A DNA stretch of 64,000 nucleotides. Origin: Limisphaerales bacterium (GTDB lineage: Bacteria; Verrucomicrobiota; Verrucomicrobiia; Limisphaerales; JAJOIW01). Position numbers and translations under genes: made by a program. The notes beneath the pieces are model-generated. The model had not been told where the DNA came from, did no database searches, and saw only the letters and a program-made list of their open reading frames with translations. Location of the stretch: contig CBFHOE010000009.1 of assembly GCA_965657355.1 (NCBI GenBank), forward strand, positions 32,001 through 96,000. The letters run 5' to 3'. Below, one piece after another: positions 20,246 through 30,053 of this stretch. How positions within the stretch are numbered: position 1 is the first letter of the stretch; the number at the start of each line of letters is the position of its first letter.

Positions 20246-21544
20246 ATGAAAAAATCTTTTGAATTTTCAAGGAGAAGGTTTCTCAAAGGTTGTGGGGCGG
20301 CGCTTGCTCTCCCTTACATGGAATCCTTGCAAGCATCCAAAAAGTCATCAGCAAACGTGGCTCCGCCAATTAGGTTAGCCTTTTTTTATATTCCAAATGG
20401 AGTGGAACAGTCGCATTGGAATATTGAAAACACGGGACGTGGGGACGAATGGCAATTAAGCCGGACTCTCTCACCGCTTAACCCTGTAAAAAATAAACTC
20501 CTCGTCCTATCTAATTTAGATCGCATCAAAGTACCTGGGACTGACGGTCATGCACAGGCTGGATCATGTTATCTCAGTACAGCACGTCCAGATGAGCTTT
20601 CTCCTGCCGGCTACCCTCTTAAAAAGACCATTGATCAGCTGGTAGCTCAAGAAGTAGGGAATCAAACACCCTTTAGATCCCTTGAGCTGAGCTGTAACCC
20701 CTATGAGGATAATCGGGAATCTGTATATTTCGATAATATCTCATGGTATGGACCTAGTCATGTTGCTAAATCTGTCAGGGATCCTAAAAAAGTATTCAAT
20801 AGGCTCTTTCAAGTTTCAGAACATAAAGGCCATGCAAGTGTACTTGACATTGTCCTTGATGATGCAAAGTCCCTTAGTAAGACCATTGCTCAATCGGACA
20901 ATCTAAAACTAGAAGAGTATATGGATTCGGTAAGAACTGTTGAAAAACAAATTGAACGAATCAAAGGCCGTCAAGATGCCATTAGTAAACTCGGTATTTC
21001 CCCACCAACAAAGCCTTGGCAAGCCATGGCACGAGATGAATTTATAGAAGTGATGTCTGACCTCATGGTATTGGCTTTCCAAACAAACCTTACCCGGGTA
21101 GCAACCTTGATGACTGGCCCTGAAAGATGGGGGTCGCCACTTACTGTTGACGGTTTGTTTGAGAAACCAGTAAGCCATCATGGGATGACACATGCTCAAG
21201 GTAAGGACGAAGTTAAAAAGCAACTCCAGGCACTGGATAGATTCCACGTTGAGCAATATTTCAAAGTTATTCAAAAAATGGATTCGATTAAAGAAGGTGA
21301 GAAATCTTTGCTCGACAACATGATGCTTGTATTAGGGTCAGGCTTGAGCAGTGGAATGCTCCACGTTTGTAACAACCTGCCGACAGTCATTGCAGGTAAA
21401 GCAGGTGGGCTCATAAATTCCAACCAACACATTAAAGCACCTGAAGGCACCCCGATAGCAAACCTGTGGATGAAGATTGCAGAAATCATGAATACCAAAA
21501 AGGAACGAATCGGAGATTCTACAGGCACACTGAGCCTCTCATAA
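20246..21544 (+). CDS. DUF1552 family protein, Tat-exported
   Basis: SRRRFLKGCGAALALPYMESL, RLAFFYIPNGV, TIDQLVA, TPFRSLEL, LAFQTNLTRVAT, SHHGMTH, PIANLW; 3 bp after the DUF1592 gene. Confidence 0.92.
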   Translation: MKKSFEFSRRRFLKGCGAALALPYMESLQASKKSSANVAPPIRLAFFYIPNGVEQSHWNIENTGRGDEWQLSRTLSPLNPVKNKLLVLSNLDRIKVPGTDGHAQAGSCYLSTARPDELSPAGYPLKKTIDQLVAQEVGNQTPFRSLELSCNPYEDNRESVYFDNISWYGPSHVAKSVRDPKKVFNRLFQVSEHKGHASVLDIVLDDAKSLSKTIAQSDNLKLEEYMDSVRTVEKQIERIKGRQDAISKLGISPPTKPWQAMARDEFIEVMSDLMVLAFQTNLTRVATLMTGPERWGSPLTVDGLFEKPVSHHGMTHAQGKDEVKKQLQALDRFHVEQYFKVIQKMDSIKEGEKSLLDNMMLVLGSGLSSGMLHVCNNLPTVIAGKAGGLINSNQHIKAPEGTPIANLWMKIAEIMNTKKERIGDSTGTLSLS

Positions 21545-21610
21545 ATGATAAATTAATAAGAGGAATAAACTGAGACACTATTTGAAAAAGGGACTTTTGA
21601 TTGTAAGGGC

Positions 21611-21768
21611 TTTTATCCTTAATTAACTGGCAAAACATGCAGCAAGACTGGATAAGATGACCCAAAGGGATGGGACGGTGCTGGATCACTCATACCTGAT
21701 GAGGAAGTAATATGTAGTCGAGAAGTCGGCATGATTCCTCAAAGTTTCCGCTGATTTTGGCGAACGGG
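21611..21768 (+). pseudogene. Decayed fragment of a second DUF1552 paralog (C-terminal part)
   Basis: Reads FY/LN*LAKHAARLDKMTQRDGTVLDHSYLM/GSNM*SRSRHDSSKFPLILANG with 2 frameshifts and 2 stops; colinear with KMDSIKEGEKSLLDNMMLVLGSGLSSGMLHVCNNLPTVIAG of the intact gene. Confidence 0.65.
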
Positions 21769-21985
21769 ATTTTATGAGGTGTCAAAAATAGAGAGTTAGG
21801 AGATTACACAAATCAGAGCGCTGACAACCAGAGATTTGCAGTATCTACTCCGCTCTAATAAATCGCGTGGACTTGAAAACCCCAGAGGTCTGAAATAAGA
21901 TTAATGGACTTTTTGGGATATAAATATTGAGTGATACGAAAGAACTGGCAAAACACAAGCTGTTTATGACCTGAAATAAATTCAC

Positions 21986-22909
21986 TCATTCAGGTGAATG
22001 ACTACCCAACCAAAAAACGGCATTTTCAATTATTTGTATAATTTCGGGTTGCTTGTAGACAGGAAACGTTTCATGCCCTGGGCGGAAATAAAATACCTTA
22101 CCCTTTTGAATGTTCCAGACCATACCACTTCGAAACCACTCGCCAGGTTCCCACCTCTCTTCAAAAACAACTTGGTCCGGTGGAGGAACATGAAAGGGCT
22201 CATTATACATTTCGGTCGATTTAACTTTGAAGCTTGGAGGGATACCTTTAGCAATTGGATGGTCCGGTAGCTTAGTCACCATGACACTGGGCTTTCCATC
22301 AGGACGGTAGTTCGGAAAACAACAGTTGGGAAGATCTACTCTTACTTTGGCTGCCATCTTGGCTCTCATTAGAACATAATACGCAGGAGTGACCACAGAA
22401 TCAGAAGATGGAGCCATCCTGCCAGGAGGCGGGATGAATTCAAATTCGACTTTCTTACCCTTTTCCGGGTCTGGATATTTTAACTTAGCATTGATTTTCG
22501 TCTTTTCATTCATTGCTTCCATGAATGGAGTAGCCCAATGAGCGGAGTGCAAAACGATTAAATTGAGGGAACCGTTTTTGAGTCTTTCCACAACCTTCTT
22601 TTTTGCAACCGGGGGTGTTACTTCATGCTGTCTGACATGTCCCCACCAAATTAATACCTGAGCCCAATCGAGATCTTTATCCAAGAGACCTTTTTCCGGA
22701 TCATTAATCGATACTGACTTTATCTTTAGTCTATCACCATTGGATTCTATTAATTGACGAGAAATTTCATTACCTATGAAATTCTCATAAGCTTTGGACT
22801 GAGAAGGCTGGCGCTCGTCCCATACGAGGACATTTATGGCTGATGCTTCAAGCTCTGAGCTGAAACCTAATAAATAAATTAAAAGTAATACGGCCAATTC
22901 TTTTTTCAT
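21986..22909 (-). CDS. ThuA (trehalose utilization)-domain exported protein
   Basis: VLVWDE, VLIWWGHVRQHEV, IVLHSAHW, HPIAKGIP, EMYNEPFHVPPPD, GEWFRSG, GKVFYFRPGHETFPVY; start at MKKELAV. Confidence 0.9.
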   Translation of the reverse strand: MKKELAVLLLIYLLGFSSELEASAINVLVWDERQPSQSKAYENFIGNEISRQLIESNGDRLKIKSVSINDPEKGLLDKDLDWAQVLIWWGHVRQHEVTPPVAKKKVVERLKNGSLNLIVLHSAHWATPFMEAMNEKTKINAKLKYPDPEKGKKVEFEFIPPPGRMAPSSDSVVTPAYYVLMRAKMAAKVRVDLPNCCFPNYRPDGKPSVMVTKLPDHPIAKGIPPSFKVKSTEMYNEPFHVPPPDQVVFEERWEPGEWFRSGMVWNIQKGKVFYFRPGHETFPVYKQPEIIQIIENAVFWLGSHSPE

Positions 22910-23246
22910 TAATTTCTGGAATTGAATGGTATTATTGAGTTTCAAACGAAAATTGTCCAGTGCCACCCCATTTTTCTCCACACCTATAAAATTGAATGAT
23001 ATTCGGTTGCATTCCACTAGAATTATCATTCAATGGCATCACGAGTTTTTGAGTAAGGAAGTTTATTTAAGTTATATCGATTCATTTTGAGGCCTCTCTT
23101 CTGCGGTTTGGCGAGTGCCATACGAACAAAAGATCGTAAAATTGGATCCCCGAGTCTAAAGATCATCGACCAGATCACCGTTTAAGACTCACTATGAAAA
23201 TTCAAATAATAAAATTAAATTCACAGCGTACAAAACCTTTACTGGA

Positions 23247-24674
23247 CTAGTTTTTGTAAGGAACAGTTCCTGATTTATCAAGTGGGTATTTCCACTTTGA
23301 AATATACGCTGAGGCCGGCAAAAATTCATCCCCAGTCGCTTTCAGCTTTTTCTTTAACTCTTTATTAAATTTTTTAGCGATAGGAGTGTTTTTATTTTCT
23401 GCTAAAAGGTTATCTAATTGGAAAGGATCCTTAATATTATCAAAAAGCATCCAAGGGCCACGAAGGTCTTCGACGTAAGTGTATTGATTAGTCCTTAATC
23501 CACGAAATTCTTTACCTCCCCACCTGCGAGCCCATTGACCAAAGGGGGCTGGACAGCTTAACAAGACACTTCCGTCATTCGGGTTTGCCCCTCCTTTCAT
23601 GTGATCGCTAAAATCTAAGCCTTCGACGGTTTGGGGAATAGAGACTCCAGACAACCCTAAAAGAGTCGGCATAATATCCTCTGTATTCATTAATGATTTC
23701 ACCCGCTTTCCCTTGCGTCCAAATTGTTTTGGGTAGTGGAATAACATGGGAACTCTAATAGATTCCTCGTATGGTTGCTGTTTTTTGTAGGCACCATGGG
23801 ATCCAATTAAATCACCATGATCAGAAGTTAGAACAATGATTGTGTCTTCTTCCTGTTTGGTCGCCTTTAAAGTATCCCAAAGACCCGCTATGCAATCATC
23901 AAGCGCAGTGCAATGGGCATAGTATCCGGCAAGATCTTTTCTGGCTAATTCACGAAACGAGTGTGGAATGTTGGGACGAATTTTTATTTTTTTGGCATCA
24001 TACATTTCACGGTATTTTTGAGGTGCTGTATGATATGGAGCGTGAGGTGGCCCAAACCCAATGAACAAGGCAAATGGCTTTTCAGATTTTGAGGCAATTT
24101 TTATGTAGTGCTGAGCGTCACGGGTTTGAGCAATAGCATCATATCCATCCCATTTTAGCTTTTCTGGGCCGTCGGCATAGTAAAATGAATTATTATAATT
24201 ATGCGTGCACTCGAGCACCTTCCAGTATTGAAAGCCTTGTCGCCTTTCACGGGGTATAAAATTTGACCTCCCATTGCCGTCGACATGCCATTTTCCGATA
24301 TATCCAGTCTGATATCCAGCACTACCCAATATTTTTCCTATAGAATTAGCATTAGGGTCAAGGGATACGTCATTCATGAAAACCCCATGAGTAAGAGGTC
24401 TTTGACCTGTTAAAAGGCTAGCCCTCATTGGACAACACACTGGAACCCCACTCACCGCCTCGGTGAAATTAATAGATTCTTTTTCAAGCTGATCGATATT
24501 AGGAGTCCTCACATCCTTATTCCCAGCGTAACCGAATGAATCAAACCTCCATTGGTCAGTAAGCAAAAAAAGAATATTCGGTCGATCTCCGCTATGGCCA
24601 CTAAGGGATAAAGGGAATTGGGCAAAGACACAAAAGAGGATGAATAAATATATAGACTCAAATTTTTTTTTCAT
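23247..24674 (-). CDS. Sulfatase (Cys-type)
   Basis: RPNILFLLTDQWR, TPNIDQL, PVCCPMRASLLTG, GYIGKWH, PPHAPY, TSDHGD, EESIRVP. Confidence 0.95.
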   Translation of the reverse strand: MKKKFESIYLFILFCVFAQFPLSLSGHSGDRPNILFLLTDQWRFDSFGYAGNKDVRTPNIDQLEKESINFTEAVSGVPVCCPMRASLLTGQRPLTHGVFMNDVSLDPNANSIGKILGSAGYQTGYIGKWHVDGNGRSNFIPRERRQGFQYWKVLECTHNYNNSFYYADGPEKLKWDGYDAIAQTRDAQHYIKIASKSEKPFALFIGFGPPHAPYHTAPQKYREMYDAKKIKIRPNIPHSFRELARKDLAGYYAHCTALDDCIAGLWDTLKATKQEEDTIIVLTSDHGDLIGSHGAYKKQQPYEESIRVPMLFHYPKQFGRKGKRVKSLMNTEDIMPTLLGLSGVSIPQTVEGLDFSDHMKGGANPNDGSVLLSCPAPFGQWARRWGGKEFRGLRTNQYTYVEDLRGPWMLFDNIKDPFQLDNLLAENKNTPIAKKFNKELKKKLKATGDEFLPASAYISKWKYPLDKSGTVPYKN

Positions 24675-24701
24675 ATACGTGCTGGTTATTTGTTAAATCG
24701 A

Positions 24702-24863
24702 CTAGTCTTCTGAGTTCCAAATAATCTTATTTCTTTTTTCTATTTCTCCAGATTCTACTTTTAAGTCTATCCAGACTTTTCCACGGGATTCCCAAATGAC
24801 AAGCGCAAGGAAAACAAACGAAATCCCCACAGATAAAAGATAGAGATATCTGAGATTTTTCAT
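24702..24863 (-). CDS. Small single-TM membrane protein (53 aa), hypothetical
   Basis: Manual translation MKNLRYLYLLSVGISFVFLALVIWESRGKVWIDLKVESGEIEKRNKIIWNSED*; fills the gap between co-oriented genes with 14 and 27 bp spacers. Confidence 0.55.
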   Translation of the reverse strand: MKNLRYLYLLSVGISFVFLALVIWESRGKVWIDLKVESGEIEKRNKIIWNSED

Positions 24864-24877
24864 ATCTAATATGACTT

Positions 24878-25690
24878 TTAGTCATTTTGTATTTCTGATG
24901 TAGGATCGACACCTTCTTGGCTAATAAAATTTTGTTGAAATTGCTGCACGGTCCCGATAGGTAGCTTATCTGCATGTTCAGGATCTTTAAGGCCATCACT
25001 ATCTTCGGCAGAAAAGGACTTTAGAATCTCGAGTTGTTGTTTTAATCCCATAATTTCCCTCTCCGAATGTTCCATCATTTCTTTTTGCAGAGACAACAAT
25101 TCCCGCAGTTGTTGGAGTTCGCTTTTTGTGACTTTTTCCGAAAAATTTCCACCATGATCTTCATTAAGATTTTCATTGGCAGCCCTCTTTTCACTCCGTT
25201 CGGTCCAGGGTTCTTTTTGGAAGACACGGCTTGACTGATTTGGCATCTTTTTTCGTTTCTTTTTATTTCCTTTTGTCTTTTGGTGAAGATTGAGCCGTTC
25301 GCCTTCTGTGGAATTTCCACCTAGCTGAGAGTGTGAATTTTTTTCACGTTTCCCCCCCCGATACGCTTGTCTCGCAGCCGCAGAAAACGATACTAATCGT
25401 TCTTTTTTTATTTGCCTGTCCTTTTCAAAAATAACACCTAATTCTGATTCGATGGCGTTAGCACGCATCTCGAGTGACTTAATTTTTTTTGATGAAGGCT
25501 CACCGTCTTTAAGTTGGACTGCTAGTATATCAAACTTAATCTCAACCAAATGGTTTGCTAATTTCATTGCGATCACTTCAAGAACTTTTTCTTGAAGTGA
25601 TATTTCTAGTTTGACTGGATAATCTCGTGATTGGGCAAAAGACCATTGTTGAGAGACAACAAAAAAAAGGACAAAAAAAAGTCTATTCAT
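24878..25690 (-). CDS. Hypothetical exported coiled-coil / low-complexity protein
   Basis: Signal peptide ending SFA-Q; heptad-like segments (ELQQLRELLSLQKEMMEHSEREIMGLKQQLE); basic disordered middle. Confidence 0.65.
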   Translation of the reverse strand: MNRLFFVLFFVVSQQWSFAQSRDYPVKLEISLQEKVLEVIAMKLANHLVEIKFDILAVQLKDGEPSSKKIKSLEMRANAIESELGVIFEKDRQIKKERLVSFSAAARQAYRGGKREKNSHSQLGGNSTEGERLNLHQKTKGNKKKRKKMPNQSSRVFQKEPWTERSEKRAANENLNEDHGGNFSEKVTKSELQQLRELLSLQKEMMEHSEREIMGLKQQLEILKSFSAEDSDGLKDPEHADKLPIGTVQQFQQNFISQEGVDPTSEIQND

Positions 25691-25763
25691 TTTAATTTTA
25701 CCTGTTTTTTAGGATTTTACCTTGGGACCTCGGAATAGTCCATTGAGTGCTAAAATTTTAGAA

Positions 25764-26516
25764 TTAAAACTCTCCATCCTTATTAAATTTCTTTTGAGTT
25801 GCTTCACCAAATTTTTTTGCTCCAGCCTGAAGGTTTTTAATCAACTGACCAGACGCAATATCGGAACTAGCTCGCGCCGTTGAAATTAAGTTCTTGCACT
25901 CATTATCATCCATAAATACCGAAGCCTCGAGCAAACCTTTTTCCTCGCCGTGTGGGACGGCAAGAAAACCGTGATGGTCAGCATGGATTAATTGACCTGG
26001 TTTTATTTTGCTACCGAACACTTCGACCTCACACCCCCATCTTATGGGTGTTGCATAGGCATGCCCCACACAAAGCCTGCGCGCCAAAGCTTTAAATCCA
26101 GCAAACTTCATTTCCTCCAAATCTCGAATCGCCCCATCTACAATCACCCCGACGCAACCAAATGCGCGATGGACATTTGCATTGACCTCACCCCATGCAG
26201 CACCAAATGTCGCCGGTTTATCAAGATCTTGGACGACGACAATTTTCGGTCCAGGCACAGATTCAATGTATGCCCAATACTGATTCCAGGCATCAGGCAG
26301 GTTCTCCTGGTGTTCCTTATTTCCAGGTTGAATAACACACGTCACGGCGTATCCAACCATGGCTCCAATTTCGGGCATATAATCATGAGTTTCCTCTATA
26401 TTTATTCCTACTCTTGAATGGTCTTCTTTAGTTATTTGCTCCCATCCATTGTATATCGTTGGCGTATTCCATCTTCGCAATTGAAGAAGCTCTGCATCTG
26501 AAAGTATATTTTTCAT
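25764..26516 (-). CDS. RraA / HMG-aldolase family protein
   Basis: MVGYAVT, PKIVVVQDLD, AWGEVNANVH, GVIVDGAIRDLEE, IKPGQLIHADHHG. Confidence 0.88.
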   Translation of the reverse strand: MKNILSDAELLQLRRWNTPTIYNGWEQITKEDHSRVGINIEETHDYMPEIGAMVGYAVTCVIQPGNKEHQENLPDAWNQYWAYIESVPGPKIVVVQDLDKPATFGAAWGEVNANVHRAFGCVGVIVDGAIRDLEEMKFAGFKALARRLCVGHAYATPIRWGCEVEVFGSKIKPGQLIHADHHGFLAVPHGEEKGLLEASVFMDDNECKNLISTARASSDIASGQLIKNLQAGAKKFGEATQKKFNKDGEF

Positions 26517-26549
26517 GTCTTTTAAAATAATGAATTTTGAATTTTTGAT

Positions 26550-27485
26550 TTAGATTAGTGCGGTTTTTAAATTTTCAACTCCAATCCGGTGTGACTGGAC
26601 GGCTGTCAGTGCTTTCGGAGATTTTTCCTCAACAGCCTGCTCAAGAACCATATGCGGTTTGACACCCTTGTTGAATAAAAATGAAATTAAACGAATATAA
26701 TCAATATCTCCATCCAAGGAGAAAGCTTCTCTCCATGTCCCTTTATGTGATTGCCTGAGATGCAGTTCAACGATTCTTTTGTGGTAATGTTCTACGACAT
26801 CAAACACCGCTATTTCTGAGTTACCACAACCCCGATAAACCCAGTGAGCATCAAGACATAATTTCACATATTGAGGATGAGTAGCAGTGAGCATGTGGTG
26901 AAATTCCCGCGCCCCAGCCCTTAATTCAGCATCATGGTTATGATAAGCAAGCTGCAATCCCATCTTATCAAGCTTTTCACCAAGTTTATTGATAGCCTTG
27001 GCCTGTGTTTTTAGTTGGTCATCTGATTTATCTTCTAAGCCCCCCCACCGTATGGGTGAAGGATTAGTGACAACTATCTTTGCCCCCAAGGCTTTAGCAG
27101 CTTCTGCAATTTCAAGGACCCGTCCTATGCTTTTTTCCGCCTCAGACGGTTCGTGGAGCGTTGAATTGACATAAAAAGAACGCATTTCCAATTGATACTT
27201 AGAGAGGCTCTCTTTAAGTCCCATTAACTCGGACGAAGAATTAAGAATAGGTTCATATCCATGAATTCCTGCGTTATGAATTCTATTTAAAAGATCATTG
27301 GAATGCAGTGGTGAATTTCTCCCTGTTCTCTGATCAAAGGTTGCCCATGGGTAGGTATTGGTTGCTATGTGGTATTCCTTTTTTGCAGCGCCTTCATTTG
27401 ATCTCAATTGTATCGGCAGTATAGATGCTAAAGCCAAACTTGAAGTACTCAGCATACTGAGAGACTCTCTTCGTGTCATCTTCAT
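26550..27485 (-). CDS. Tat-exported sugar-phosphate isomerase/epimerase (AP-endonuclease-2 TIM barrel, IolE-like)
   Basis: TRRESL Tat-like signal; GYEP, LAYHNHDAE, LCLDAHW, ELHLRQ, GDIDY, VLEQ. Confidence 0.85.
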   Translation of the reverse strand: MKMTRRESLSMLSTSSLALASILPIQLRSNEGAAKKEYHIATNTYPWATFDQRTGRNSPLHSNDLLNRIHNAGIHGYEPILNSSSELMGLKESLSKYQLEMRSFYVNSTLHEPSEAEKSIGRVLEIAEAAKALGAKIVVTNPSPIRWGGLEDKSDDQLKTQAKAINKLGEKLDKMGLQLAYHNHDAELRAGAREFHHMLTATHPQYVKLCLDAHWVYRGCGNSEIAVFDVVEHYHKRIVELHLRQSHKGTWREAFSLDGDIDYIRLISFLFNKGVKPHMVLEQAVEEKSPKALTAVQSHRIGVENLKTALI

Positions 27486-27598
27486 GAATAGTGATAATCT
27501 TACATTCAGATATCTCTTAAAAGAACAATAATCGGAATAAGTAAGTTAAATACCTCCAGTAAAATATTCTGTAAAAATGGTTACTAAAGAAATAAAAT

Positions 27599-27997
27599 AT
27601 GGCTGTGATAGTTGAATCTGAGCAACCCACTCTTTATACAAAATTAGGTGGTCACGAAGGAATATTAGATTTCCTGAAACCATTCTACGAAGATATAAGG
27701 CAGCACGAAATCTTAGGGCCTATATTTAATGCGAAAATTCACGACTGGGATAGACATCTTGATAAGATTACGGAATTCTGGGCTCTACAAACAGGTGGAC
27801 CAACAAAATACAATGGTGGATTCGCAGCAGCTCATCTTAGAATTGGCGCCAAAGAAGAACATTTTCAGCATTGGCTCGCGCTTTGGGAATATAATTGCAA
27901 ACGACAACTTCCTGATGACTTATCCAAACAGATGATCGCGCTCGCTCACGAATTTGCAAATAGACTGAAGAGAGTTATTAGGACTTATTCTCGATGA
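27599..27997 (+). CDS. Group III truncated hemoglobin
   Basis: LYTKLGG, FYEDIRQHEILGPIF, DWDRHLDKITEFW, AAH, EHFQHWLALWE. Confidence 0.9.
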   Translation: MAVIVESEQPTLYTKLGGHEGILDFLKPFYEDIRQHEILGPIFNAKIHDWDRHLDKITEFWALQTGGPTKYNGGFAAAHLRIGAKEEHFQHWLALWEYNCKRQLPDDLSKQMIALAHEFANRLKRVIRTYSR

Positions 27998-28365
27998 GGA
28001 TAAAAGCTCCGAAAAACGAACTCCCCATCAATTGTAATATCTAGATTTCCACCAGTTCTATTGGGGATAAATTTCCCTGTATCCGGCTTATTGAAAACAC
28101 ATTCTTAAATTAAGCCTAACTTCCTATGACTGATCATTACCACACCATGCAAATATGCCCAAAAGACTTTACTATCATTTGTTTCAACATGAATCGAGTC
28201 AGATGCACCAAAAGGTAAGAACTTGCAATCCTTCGAGAGCAACCTCATTCCTAATGAAATACAGAGGGGGTTCGACGCGAATGTGCCCCTCCACATAAGC
28301 GTTTTAGACATATGATCAATGAATAGGTCCCTTGCTATTAATAGCAAAAACGGAGTCATGATTTA

Positions 28366-29853
28366 TCAGAACTTGGGCACCTTCCAATTGGGTATCCCAA
28401 TGGATTCCAGTTGTTTTTGGTAGCGGATAGTGGCGGGATGCTCTTCGGCCAATGGAATATCCTCGTGGACCATGAACGGAACGGTTTCCTTCCACCATTC
28501 ATCATAAACTGATCTCAACTTTTCGATCACTTTTGAATGTTGTTCGAAAACATTAACCTTCTCATATGGATCCTTAGATATATCATAAAGCTCTTTGCCA
28601 TTAACAAATCGCCACCTTGTTGACCTTACTGCAAAATCTTTGAATTTAGAAAGATTAGGGTCCTCTCCTTTTTTCCAGCGCCCTTTGTGAAAAAAGAGGT
28701 ATCTGTCCGGCCAGTAAGCATTTGGATTTTCCAGTAATGGAATGAGAGTTCGCCCATCAATTTTCTGGATACTATTCGGTATACTGACACCGGCCAGATC
28801 GCAAAATGTTTTATACATATCAATATGAGCCGTCAGGGCTTTTATGTCTTGCCCCTCTTTCAAAATTCCCTTCCATCGCCAGAATGAAGGAACATGAGAA
28901 CCCCCTTCATGCACTGATGCTTTTCCAGTCTTGAACCCCGCTGTATGCATGCGTACCTGCTCTCCATTTTTTTTTCCGCTTCTGCCCGCCTGACCATTGT
29001 CGGTCATGAAAATAACCAATGTGTTTTCCCAAGCATTCCAATCATCTAACTTTTTCATTAGTAATCCGAAGTTATCGTCAATGTTTTCGATCATGCCGTA
29101 GCGTCCCGCGGTATTTTTATCCCATCCTTTTTCTGTCCATTTTTTAGTGTATTTGCTAGGTGCAATCATTGGACCGTGTGGGGCGTTCGGAGTAATGAAT
29201 GCAAAAAAAGGTGTCTGAGATTCAAACTGAGTCTTCATCCAACCAAGAGCGGCTTGAAAAAATACATCAGTGCAGAAACCTTTGGTTTGAACCAGCTTAT
29301 CATTGTGCAGTATGACATTATCAAAATACCGGCCTTTTGGTTCACGGTTCGGAGGAAAGTCAGCACAACTCCCTGGAAAGGCTTGGCCTATCCCACCTGC
29401 CCCATGGATGAATACTTCACTAAAGCCTCTATTGTAAGGCTGGTAGGCATCAGGATCTCCTAGGTGCCATTTGCCAAAAATTCCAGTTTCGTATCCGGAC
29501 TTATTGAGTAGTTTTGGGAATGTCGTTGTGCTTAGTGCCATCAATTCCCTTTCCAAAATAGTATGCGTGACTCCGTTTCTAAATTCGTGGCGCCCACTCA
29601 ATACGGCAGAACGTGTTGGAGCGCAAGTTGGGCTTACATGAAAATCGGTAAATCTAGTTGATAAGGCATAGAATTTATCGAGATTCGGGGTTTTTAAAAT
29701 GGGATTTCCGAGGCATGAAAGATCCCCCATTCCCTGATCATCTGTCATGACCACTATAATATTTGGCCTTTTGCCGGCAATGGAATCGCCGAGTAAATCG
29801 AGCCCCCCGGGAATTAGGGAGTATAAAATTACGGCAGCGGCAAATGAATGCAT
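28366..29853 (-). CDS. Arylsulfatase (Cys-type)
   Basis: RPNIIVVMTDDQG, FHVSPTCAPTRSAVLSG, FGKWHLG, PNAPHGP, FMTDNG, HEGGSHVP; start uncertain (29853, 29898 or 29925). Confidence 0.95.
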   Translation of the reverse strand: MHSFAAAVILYSLIPGGLDLLGDSIAGKRPNIIVVMTDDQGMGDLSCLGNPILKTPNLDKFYALSTRFTDFHVSPTCAPTRSAVLSGRHEFRNGVTHTILERELMALSTTTFPKLLNKSGYETGIFGKWHLGDPDAYQPYNRGFSEVFIHGAGGIGQAFPGSCADFPPNREPKGRYFDNVILHNDKLVQTKGFCTDVFFQAALGWMKTQFESQTPFFAFITPNAPHGPMIAPSKYTKKWTEKGWDKNTAGRYGMIENIDDNFGLLMKKLDDWNAWENTLVIFMTDNGQAGRSGKKNGEQVRMHTAGFKTGKASVHEGGSHVPSFWRWKGILKEGQDIKALTAHIDMYKTFCDLAGVSIPNSIQKIDGRTLIPLLENPNAYWPDRYLFFHKGRWKKGEDPNLSKFKDFAVRSTRWRFVNGKELYDISKDPYEKVNVFEQHSKVIEKLRSVYDEWWKETVPFMVHEDIPLAEEHPATIRYQKQLESIGIPNWKVPKF

Positions 29854-30053
29854 GAAGCTGAACGTGCCCTTGGTGATGATTGAATATCTTCTTGGCATAG
29901 ATTTACTATGACCTTCGCGGATCATAAATCAATACTCTTCAGCTTAGATTCGAACCACTAATACCTAAAAAGTAAATCCGACCTATTCACTGGTCCTTTT
30001 TGCCACATGCATTTAAGTGCTTGATAATGCGCAGAAATTGTTAAAATAAACCT

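Noticed and set aside
24727..24999. 90-aa track ORF overlapping the coiled-coil gene
   Set aside because: A non-overlapping 53-aa TM ORF (24702-24863) in another frame explains the gap better
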